Under the pieces are notes generated by a model, which was given only the letters and a program-made list of their open reading frames with translations, was not told the DNA's origin and searched no databases. The position numbers and the translations under genes were made by a program. DNA of 59,305 nucleotides, counting the filler, from Catajapyx aquilonaris (taxonomy: Eukaryota): NCBI GenBank assembly GCA_000934665.2. It is 4 parts of 4 records of this genome, joined end to end, with 100 filler letters (N's around TTAATTAATTAA, not from the genome) between each part and the next. Parts side by side here need not be neighbours in the genome. Positions count along the whole stretch, not along the records: positions 1 to 14,147 come from JYFJ02007864.1; 3 more parts are not named here. One strand, given 5' to 3'. Within the stretch, counting starts at the first letter, position 1. Each line of letters opens with the position of its first letter. Positions 1-10,830 of this stretch are shown in pieces.

Positions 1-1360
1 ACAATATGCGGGGGAGGCACATCAATCGGTATCATTTCCGGATCCGACTCTCCTCGAAGTCACAGTCAACAATTTTACTCCCGATCTTAAATTAAAAAAT
101 ACGGGGCTGATCCGGAGGGGCCTTTCATTTCTCATGCTATGAAAGGCCGGATTCAACACCCTGGATCAAGCTTTTATATACGAAATTTTTTTGTTAAAAA
201 AAGAAAAAAACATGCCGGCTGCCATTGATCCCCGTTCTTCTTTCCCAGGCTCCTTTCCCTGAGCTCTATCTGGTATTCATATCAGTCTCTTACGCGGTTC
301 AAAATCGACATGTGCTCCATTTCCTCAAACTCCACCACGATCTTTTGCCTCACATACAAATATGGGAAATATTTTGGGCTGGACTGTATAAGTTTGACTT
401 ACATGTCAACAGCAGCAAAGCAACGTAGCAATTAAATCGCTGTTAAGTTAACGAGATATTGAGTCGAATTCATGTAATTTGCTCGAAAACTACCTGTTAA
501 ATTGCAATTAAATTTTTTTATGTAAGACACATATTTTAAAATAATTGAAAATGTACGGACGTACAGTGGGATGCATACATACCAGGATATTTTTACTGCG
601 TTTCACATATTGTTGATTTATTTTGATCTCTTTTGGCCCATACTTGCTGAAATCAAAGTGTAGTGTCCACCAAAAAGGTTTTGACAAACTTGTGACATGA
701 CAAACGTGCAGGTTAGGTATAAAAGTGTGTCCTCCTTCCTTTTAGTTCTCCCCACCTCAGGAGACCGCTTCCCAACTTGCGCTAAAAGATATAAACTGAT
801 AATGCGGCTCCAAGTTGGGCTTCATTACGAGCAGACAAGCGCATTTTTTTCTTCCTCCTCCTCCTTCTCCTCCTCCACTTCTTTTCTACTCTTCTTGCGT
901 TTTTTTTAGTCGGGACGGCGGCAGCAGTGATGGGATTCCAAATTTAATTACTGGGCCAAGTTGGCTGCTGCCTCTCTTCTTTCCAAGGAGAGAAGAAGGA
1001 AAGGAAGGAGATTGTTGGAGGCGCCTGCAATCGCCTGCGCTACTGGCACGGTTAATTCGGACCTATGTGCCGCCCGTCGCATCCAATCAGTATCAAACAA
1101 GGAGCAAAACGGCCGCCCTCTTGCTTTTCGACCCGTGTTTGTCACTCGAGTAAACCTTTAAACAGTTGGTGCAATCTCCTGCTCCGATGGACCCTTACGG
1201 ATTCATCTGGATGGCTGGAGTATCCATGGGAGGTATATCGCCAAAAAAGATTTATTGCCACTGCAATAAAACCAAGTCACCAATAATGATTGGCTCAAAG
1301 ATTTTTCTTCAATTTAGTTTCTCTTCTATTGTAGCTGAATATATCGTCTGAGGTAACACT

Positions 1361-1435
1361 GGGTTGAATTTTCATCCCACTGCTAGTTACTGCCAACCGT
1401 TAGCAGCAACTAGCAGTGGGACGAAAATTACACCC
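1361..1435. repeat. 75-bp imperfect hairpin (tiny MITE or pre-miRNA-like)
   Basis: Arms GGGTTGAATTTTCATCCCACTGCTAGTTACTGC and GCAGCAACTAGCAGTGGGACGAAAATTACACCC are near reverse complements around a 9-nt loop. Confidence 0.8.
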
Positions 1436-1700
1436 CATGTTATTATAAACACAATTTTGGGACATTCAGATTCACCCTATTGTATAGTGCAGCAACTAAA
1501 TTCAGCGTCAGTACCACCATGGGATTACTCGCTATATGGCTATAATATCAATATGATAAATTAATAATATTTGGTTCAAACAATTCGCTGCTAATGACGG
1601 CCGTTGATTATTAATAATTCGGTCAATCGATTATCAATTGATATTAATTAAGAACCATTGTTATCAGCCAACGAACGGAAGTTAGGCTGATCTTATTGCG

Positions 1701-1931
1701 CACTCTCATATTGTAACGTCTAAATAAACGTTACATGTGTAAATAATGTATCGTCTAAATAAACGTTACAATCATGTTTAAAATGCGATACATGTTTAAA
1801 ATGTAACGTCTATTTAGAAGTTACCTGGACTATAGTGTTTAAGTTGACGTTGCATAATAATTGAAAAAATGTAACGCTTATTTAGACGTTGCATGTTGCG
1901 TCTATTTAGACGTTACGTATAGATTAGAGTG
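1701..1931. mobile_element. Non-autonomous foldback/MITE with CACTCT...AGAGTG ends
   Basis: Inverted ends with internal GTAACGTCTAAATAAACGTTAC subrepeats in both orientations. Confidence 0.6.
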
Positions 1932-2624
1932 TATTGGACCATTACATGTGATTATCTTGTGACGTCTAGTTCCTAAACGACTTTAAAATGTAATTCTAGT
2001 GACACTATAGTGTTATCTAGATGATCATGCTTTCCTGCACGAGCTGGAGAACAGTTCCAGGTGAGGGAGGAATAAAGCAGGTCGTTTCAGGGAGTGAGCG
2101 CAATATATTTATGTGTTTTTCAGAAGGTGTCGCCCCTGGGCCCCACTGAATGCTACCTTTTCTCCTGGAGCAGGTGAGTAATGGCTGACGTAACTGCTGG
2201 CGTAGGCCTATTGTGGCCAGCGCCGCACTAAATTTTTACGAGACGCTAGCCCAGCAGGCTGACTGATGGAGACAATTTTGCGCTCACCCCCCTTCCTCCT
2301 CCTCCTAGTAGTAAGTTTCAAGGACTTCCTGGGACTCTGTTTGTTCTGGTTGGCTCCAAGGTGGAAGGTAAAATGCAAGCCCCTGAGAAGAGAGACTAGT
2401 GTGCTAGCAGTGGGGCTTCCATTAGGCGGGGTTTCAATTAGGCGCCGAGGTCGAAGGAACAAGGGAAGCTCATTAAGGATCTGTTTACCCCCCTGAATCC
2501 CCGCGAATGCCAACCGGCAACTACTTTCTTGCTCTCGCCACCTGGGCGCCAATAGTTCGCTACCACTGACAGATCAACAAAACTATTCGGTTCATTCCAG
2601 GAGAATCCGCGTTTTTTTGCCCGG

Positions 2625-3068
2625 TAGCAGTTCCCTGAAGTAGCAGCGACAACAACGAAAGTCGCTGCTACTTTTGCCTCTAAATTCTGGGTTTTTTGTA
2701 GCAGTAGTATATCCTGGAGTAGCAGCGACAACAGCTACACTCGCTGCTGTCTTTTCCTGCAAAAATTGTGTTTATGTAGCAGTCACGGGAGTAGCATGGA
2801 TAACAGCAAAAGTCGCTGCTACTTTTGCTGCTAAAGTGAGGTTTTTTGTAGCAGTAGCATATCCTGGAGTCGCAGCGATAACAGCTACAGTCGCTGCTGT
2901 CTTTTCCTGCTAAAATTGTGTTTATGTAGCAGTCACAGATCCGAGAGCAGCATGGATAACAGCAAAGGTCGCTGATACTTTTGCTGCTAAAGTGCGTTTT
3001 TTGTAGCAGCAGCATATCCTGGAGTCGCAGCGATAACAGCAAAAGTCGCAGCGAATTTTTCCGCAGTG
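2625..3068. repeat. ~150-bp tandem repeat (two ~75-bp subunits), probably the subterminal array of a DNA transposon ending ...TTTTTCCGCAGTG
   Basis: About three copies of GTAGCAGTAGCATATCCTGGAGT.GCAGCGA.AACAGC...GTCGCTGCT. Confidence 0.75.
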
Positions 3069-3861
3069 CAACAGTGCTGGCCGAAACATTTTTTTGGCAT
3101 ATACGTATTTTCAGATTGTTTACTGTCACCTGAGATGTGGAGTCAGGTGACTCTGACAGCGAATCGAGGAATTGCTACCTGAAACCCGCTATGTTACTGG
3201 AGCTTCCGTTAGCGAAAATGTGGTCCTGATTTTCCAGGGAAGGCGGCTCTTGAGACTCCGAGGGAAAAGGTGGCGTAAGGCTCCTTTTGTGTGCAATTCG
3301 GCCGGATTTTGTTGTTGGGGGGTGGCCGTGAATAAACGGGGCGGGGGGTTGTTATTCGGCGGAAATATTATGGCCCAGTGGTAAAGTTTTGATGCTTGGC
3401 CAATTGCCTCTGCCGTAATTGGCCGGCCGGGCATTCCCCGGAAAGCGATGAGAAAGGCCAGCAGCAGTGGTATTTAACCCAGGCCAACGCATCCGGAGCG
3501 GTTATAGTTAGGCGTTAGAAGTAGATAAATCCGGTTGGTCAGCCCCCACTGCGCGCGCACTGCTTCTAATCCAATTACAGCTGCCGGAGCGGTCACGCAT
3601 CAAAACCGATCCCATCCATTTTCGGGTCCTAGCTCTAGGACCAGCCTAACACAAGGTGTTTCAGATGGCTACAAACTTTATGTGGAGGCTAACTATTTTA
3701 AACTAGCGAAACCGAGTGCGCACCCACACTCGCGCGGCTCCATTGTTTCTGACAGCGTTGCCAGAGTTACTCCCCAGGAGACAAAAAATAATAATTCACA
3801 CATGAAGTCTCTGAGGTTCGTTGTAGAGCTTTGGCAACGTCGGGAAAAGTACGCCATTTTG

Positions 3862-4332
3862 TTTTCCCCCGAGTGTAGCGTTGGAAATAAGTGTAGTGCA
3901 TTACCGACTATTATTGATAATGCCAACCGTGCATGCTGCGCGAACTGTGGTGCACTCTCGGTTGTGTTTCTTAACAAATTATCATATAGGGTAGGTATAC
4001 GGTATGAATCTTTTTTATTTACAAAATTTCAACAAACTGTGGTGCGCACTCGGTTGCGTTTGTTTAAAAAAATACAATTCAAATTATTAACAAACAAAAT
4101 GTTACCAATTCAGATATCATAATAGTCTATAATATGATGAATTTCTTAACAAACCGTGGTGCGCACGCGGTTGCGATTGTCAAAAATTCATAAGTTGTAT
4201 GATACAGTATATTAATTTTTAACAAACGCAACCAAGTGCCCATCACAATTCGCGCAACATGCACGGTTGGCATTATCAATAATATAGTTGGTACTGAGCT
4301 ATACTTATTTCCAACGCTACTCTTGGGGAAAA
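3862..4332. mobile_element. MITE with ~120-bp terminal inverted repeats (TIRs)
   Basis: TTTTCCCCCGAGTGTAGCGTTGGAAATAAG...GATAATGCCAACCGTGCATG is mirrored by CATGCACGGTTGGCATTATC...CTTATTTCCAACGCTACTCTTGGGGAAAA. Confidence 0.8.
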
Positions 4333-7331
4333 AATAGTTTAGTGCAAAATACTGTAACATAACATGTTCTTCTGTTCCATAGAGTTGTTATACGAAGCAC
4401 CCTGTGATCTGGCTCAAATCAGACTCCGGCCTATCGATGGTCGACCAATCATTCCCTGAATCCGTGCAGGTTAATTGAGTGCGAAGGTGGTGGAGAGGTG
4501 GTAGGGCTTCCCACTTGGCCCCGGGGCGGCCCCGAGATTGCGCCTCATAAAAGTGCATGCGCCTGCCTCTCAGTCAGTGTCCCTTTGATCCATGAGGCAG
4601 AGCAATTCCGCTCCGATAGCACCGGTTCCAGCCGACTACAAAAGAGACGCCGCTTTTCCACCCTCTTTTGTCGACAGGAAAAGATGTTCTTAATGGCTGC
4701 TCATTAACGTGGCGGTTCACATTAACCATACGTTAGGCCCCAGGTAGAAAGGCAACGGATATGCGCAAAAATGGCACAGTTAATTTTCGCAAAAAAAATA
4801 TGCTATTATTATACCTCCTCTTTAACTGTGGACTTAGGCAATACTGGCAGGTTATGGTTTCATGCTGGGGGATGGTGTTTTAGTTATGCGTGTTATAAAT
4901 ATTTACTGAATCAACATGTTTGCCGCATTAGCCGTTGGCCATCTGTTTTTGCACATTTTATGACGCGTATTGAGCAGGGAATATTCTTAACCGGAAAACT
5001 GGGAAGCAAACAATGAACGGGGCATTTAAAAAATTATTGAGCGTGGAATCAAGTAGAGTGAAATATTAAGCTAAAATACTAATTAGGAGAATGTGCCAAA
5101 ACAATGGCTAAACCTGCCGAGTGATGAGTAAACAATTATTAGAACCAAGCAGAAGGCATGACTTTAGCTGCATATTACAAACACTTTGAAACGAGAAATT
5201 AACCCGACTGTACAGTGACACTTGCGATGATTACTGTCACCCGCCAGCGATACTGTTACCATATCAACAGAAGTGATAGAGCTACAAAGTACTGTACGGC
5301 ATATTTGTCACCCCTAAGGGAATAATTTCACTGCAATCGCAAGTTTCATTAGCTGTTATTATACACTGAAATGATCGCGAATAAGGCAGTCATAGAAAGT
5401 GCATATTCTTTTGCAGAATAGTTGTTGGGTTAATAGGATATGAACAATATTTGGTTAAGTACTTACTTGCTCTTAATTACGCAGAACGAATCAAAGTGAA
5501 AGCAACATTATGCTCGTATATAACGGTCGTTGCATTTTGAGACGATTCATTTTAAGCATTGTCGACGAATATTTATCACATGCACTAGTTTCTCTAAGTA
5601 ACTTGAAGTAACGAGAAGACTTATGGCGAAACCTTCGTGCCGCATTATTATACATGCGTGCAGAGAGATTCCTGCCTACTGAGCCAGTACAGCTTTTGAA
5701 TGTACTTAAAAGCCGTAAGTCGAACTGCGCTTCTTAATTATCGCAAAGCTCTCATTACACAAATGGTGACCTTTCACCCAAGCAAAGCAGTCGCATATTA
5801 GGTGCAAATATTCGTAACAAAGTGCGCACTGCACGCTAGCATGAAATAATAAAAATGCAATAAAAATGTGCAGCATAATTTGAATGCAAAAATCATTGCA
5901 TGTTTATATTGCATTACCATCACCAAGAAAGTAACACGAATTGTGCATAATTATTAAGGCAAGAGCTGCGTGGGTTGATTATCCTGTCGCAACACATTCG
6001 CATCAAGCGAATTCCATCTTAAGACCTGAAAATGCAAAACGATCAGAGCCCACGTCTTGATCCAAATTGAATGAGGCATTGTGTAATAAAGTCCTTGACG
6101 TCTGGGTTTCTGATGAACAAGTCAGATTCCTGCTAGAATAATTACAGACCTCCATCAGAGAAGTGTTTGAAAACAACATAATGCCGCAAGGAGTTTAATT
6201 CATTACGTCAAAATCACACAAATGATCGTTCCTGCTATTGTTTCTTTTATTCTGATGTTTATTTTGTGATGCACTCGTTGTGTTTTATTTCCTTGTTGCT
6301 TAAAGTGCTCTTGAGTGATTGATCTAAGCGCACTGCTGAACTTTGTGAATTTACTTATTTATTTCATCTCCCACCGAGAGACCCTGGCTGCACACGCCAC
6401 TGCCGAGTTCTCTCACTGTACACGCCGCTAAAAGTTCAACGGAAGTGTCTGCCTGGAAAGCGTTCATTATTGATCACGAATAGAGTGTAGAATTTGTAGC
6501 ACACACAGCAGCAGCTAGCAGCAAGGCCCCCTCCCAAAAATTCGGATCTAAGGTTTTGCCAAATCGCATCAGGCGGCATGCTTTTCAGCGGCACAATCCT
6601 TTTGGCACATTGGATTAATATGTAAGTTAATTGCAATTAGACAGAAGGTGTATATACAGGAGCAACATGCACATAAAGCTCGTTGAGCATCCACGGCTTC
6701 CTCGGAGGGACCAGGACCGTCATTATGGTTGGTTGGCAGCGCCACAGGCAAGATTGCCTTGTGACGAATTCATGACCTCCGTGCCTCTGCCTCCGACATC
6801 AAACTTTGATCACGCTGCTGTCCGAGGGGGAAAGGACGCCATCCTAACCAACTTATGAATTTAACACGCTTTGAACTTTACTTCCCTCCCACCTCCCACG
6901 GTAATCAACCCTTACTTGAAAGGGGGGGTGGTCCCGTCACTGTGACGTCCGAGCCACTGTCATTCTGGTCACGGCTGCATGACAAGTTGACGTGACTTAC
7001 AATAGTGGCCAAAGGACCTCTTGGCTCTCAATGTGAAATATTATACCCGTGAGATGAAGCCAGGGGGTTCATATTGTGCTCAAATGGGGGTGTTTGCCAA
7101 ATATTTACGTGATAGGGGATGAACCTATGCTGTCTATAGTGCCCATATCCTAACTTTTCAACAAAAAAGAGGCATATCCTAAATATTGTGACCTCTGTGG
7201 TTAAGTCATGCACGGCAGGGTAAAGTGCATTTCTTTTGTATGGCACTGTACCTACCGATCTTATTGGCGGAGAGGGGGAGAAGTTGCCTAATCCCATTTT
7301 TGAGAAGTTATGTTGTGAGTAATGTAATGGT

Positions 7332-7456
7332 GGTTAGGTTAGGTTATGTTCTAACCTAACCTATCCTGTCCTACTGTATTATCCGATCCTAACCTAACCT
7401 AACCTAACCTAATCTAACCTAACCTAACCTAATCTAACCTAACCTAACCTAACCTA
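7332..7456. repeat. Interstitial arthropod telomeric-type repeat (TTAGG then CCTAA)
   Basis: GGTTAGGTTAGGTTA followed by CTAACCTAACC, then a CCTAA array at 7388-7456 with TCTAA variants. Confidence 0.85.
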
Positions 7457-8689
7457 CATTTTGATGGCATGTTGTTAGCACAGTACAAGAAGCTTAGCTG
7501 GATAAAATTGAGGGAATATTTTCAGGCGCCCGACGCATTTTCTACGTTATAAGCCAGCATGACCCACTTGAAAAGTAACGTAACTAAAAGTTTTCCTTGC
7601 TCACAACTCCGGTAACTTAAACGAGGCCCTTAAAAAGTGCACTTTGATGCGTGCGGAACTAACATGGCCACTTTTATGTCCGCCACAAGAAAAACGGGCT
7701 TATTTAGCCATACCAAGGCCATACCCATACGTTTCTCTGAAAATATTCAAAGTTTGGCCCTTTAATATATTTAAAAAAAATAATCAGAGCAAATAGTCAT
7801 CTGGCAGGGATATTCGGAATATACAGTTGCACCTTGACATAGCCGCTTTGACACGTTGTGGAACGCAGGGCGCATTGCAGTGGCCGACTGAATTGGGGGT
7901 AGGGTGGGTGGATGGGAGGTCAGAGGGTGGGAGGGGGGAGGATTAGAGAGGGGGGAGGGTAGGGGGGAGGGCATGAAAAGAGAGGAAGGGAATTTGCAAA
8001 TCCGCGCTCGATCGCCTCTCCTCTCTCGTCTCTCCCAAAGGCTTTTTCTCCCCTCCCAGGAGCGCGTCCGAAGAGCTCTTTACACCACTTTCTTGAATCT
8101 TTTCCAGGAAGGGATCAAACTTCTTTTTCCCCCCTCCTTCTTAACCCTCACTCCTTCACTTTTTTATGTAAGGACCGCAAACCTTTGCATACATCCTGTC
8201 TGGAGTCTGGAGTGACGTCTCCCCAATGATTATTCTGGGCCTAAGGTTTTGTGCTGGCGCGACTCTGAGGATCTAGGGGGTTGAACTGGTTGACCACATT
8301 TTCTGAGGAGAAACCCTCCAACCCACCCACCCACCCACCCAGTAGAGAAACTCTGGTAAGGTACCTCTTAGCTTGGTGCTGCCCGGACTAATCTGCGGCT
8401 TCTGGGACTAACTTGTGTTCCGCAGTGGCTTCTGGGAGTAATGTCCTGCGTCGTAACCGCTGACCAGGTATTTCGGGAAGGCCTTCCCCTCGAATTATGG
8501 CTTATCTCCTGCCATCCACTCCCAGGGTTGCTGCAATACATGGATCTAAGTTCGAAGCCCAGGAGAACGACAGCTCGGTCTAAGGATTATCGCTCGGGGA
8601 TGTGATAATTCGGTTCAAAATTGTTGGGAAGTCTGCTCACACATTTGTTAGTAACGAGCAAAGCGCCATTTTTTTCAAACGGGATGATA

Positions 8690-9141
8690 TTTATCGATAT
8701 TCATTGCAACAATTTATATATATTCAGTTCAAATATTCATCGATATTTATTTCTACGAATCATCGATATTCATTTCAACGATTCATCGATAATTTCAACG
8801 ATTCATCTATATTCCTCTTAAATATTTCTCGATTCATTTCAACGATTTATCGATATTTATTTTAACGATTTATCGATATTTATTTCAACGATTTGTCAAT
8901 GTTTATTTCAACACTTTATCGATATTAATTTCAACAATTTATCGATATTTATCTCAACAATTCATCGATATTTATTTCAACAATTTATCAATATTAATTT
9001 CAACGATTTATCGATATTGATTTCAACAATTTATCAATATTAATTTCAACGATTTATCGATATATTTTATTTCAACGATTTATCGATATATTTTATTTCA
9101 ACGATTTATCGATATTCCTTTCAACGATTCATCGATATTCA
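8690..9141. repeat. ~24-bp AT-rich minisatellite
   Basis: Tandem TTTATTTCAACGATTTATCGATA units with variants. Confidence 0.9.
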
Positions 9142-10634
9142 TGGGTTCCGATTTGGGCGCCGTGATTGGTTGGTCACGTCAATGGACGTGATTGGCTGTG
9201 GCTACTTCCTAGCTCCTCCCACGTCTCCAGACAAGCATCCACCGTATCACCAGTAAAGGTTTTCTCGACTGGTTTCTAAACACCCTGTACGCAGAACATT
9301 TAAAATGAGACTAGGATTAGCATAGAATTTTTAACATCTAGCCTGCGCAGTCAGACATCATTATATATTTTTTCTGCGGCTAGAGTCCGGCCGATTAAAT
9401 ATTTTACGAACCAATTCTGCAGCCCTGTGCAATTGTGTAGTTTTTTAGACAGCGTGTGCGTCACTATTTCGAAACTATAAGGACGGAATATCGCAGAAGT
9501 GTAAAAGTTTGATGCTTTTTTATAGGCAGCCTATGCCGTATACGTGCGGTGTTGGTTTAATCCTCTTATTTTGGTGGGTTGTTGGGAGGGGGGGGGGAGA
9601 AGAGGTTATAATATAACTCGGGGAAACACCCACCATTTTCCATTCCCACTAATTATTTCTTCCCTCCGAGCCAAGTCCTGAAGTCTAAATCCGAAACTTT
9701 CCAACAAAATAGAGCCCCGAAAAAGTAATTAAATAGTCACATGCAACATAGAGGATCCAATTATATCCATTATGGAGTTTGCCTGTGGCTGCCTCCAACT
9801 TTTTTTTTTCCTTCCCAAGAAATTCCTGCAGGACACTTCCTCCTTCAGTGTCCTTTTAAGACAAATTGCCCATGGCCAAGAATATAGCTGGTGAAACAAA
9901 TTAGTATTAAAGTTAGCTGCTATTTTAATATCAATTTCAACAATTTAGAACCAGTCAGGGGGAAAAAAATGTCGAATCCGCGAGTCTTTGTCGCACAACT
10001 AGGGGCTGACTAATTAGCCGCTATTACGCGACGTAATCACTTAGTTAGCACCGCAAAATGAATCCGTAAATATTAAGACCACCCCCTCTGTACGCCCCCG
10101 CAATGCCTGCCTGCCTGCCCGCACCGTCATCACCCCCTTTTATATGTAACATACTAAGGGCGCAACGTGCTAATTCATGGGAGCCTGCCCGCTTTTCAAG
10201 TTTTATTAGGAATTAAATATTTGATTAGTGGAGTCCACCTTACTCTAAGCCAGCTTGGGGAATTCTCTAGGAGGCCCCTTTTTGTGGGCCTTGGAGAATA
10301 ACATGCGAATTTTAAAAGCCGTTGGCGTCGACCCTACGTGTGCCCCAATTACCCCTCGTGTTTGCACTGTACGTGCTCTGTACGCTATGTGCGCCGGCCG
10401 AAAAAGATGCCAGGTGTTAAAATACCGACGGTCCTGGCAATTTAATGTGGTAAACAAACCAACTTCTAAAAAACAACAACATAATTATATCAGCTTTTAA
10501 TGAACGTGCGTGTATGCGGATGTTAATTTTGGCTTAATGTGTTGCTTCGGGCTGTATAGTTTTAATTATTTCATATTGAGATATAGTTTTGTGCGGGATG
10601 CTCGGATTATTTTTTTTAAGGTTTTGTACCAGAG

Positions 10635-10830
10635 GGGCTAATGGTTACATGTCAAGGCTTTGGACCTGTGCACCTAGTTGGCTTATTGAGAGGGGAGGGT
10701 TACACCGCCGAGGATGATATTGATCAGCTCCAAAGCCTATTGGTAGAGCAATAAAGTTTGGAGCTACCTGTACATGGCAACTCGCCCGATAGCTCCTGAC
10801 TATGAGTGTATGGAATTTCAGGTTACAGCT
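10635..10830 (+). pseudogene. Possible highly decayed Tc1-like transposase fragment
   Basis: Manual translation gives GLMVTCQGFGPVHL...YTAEDDIDQLQSLL, then (other frame) APDYECME, weakly like Tc1 WG..GxGPL...YIxIL and WPxxSPDL. Confidence 0.3.

Noticed and set aside
2674..3129. Cys/Ala-rich ORFs
   Set aside because: These are translations of the ~150-bp tandem repeat.
3535..4122. 195-aa ORF
   Set aside because: It runs through a MITE arm, starts at TTG and shows no recognisable motif.
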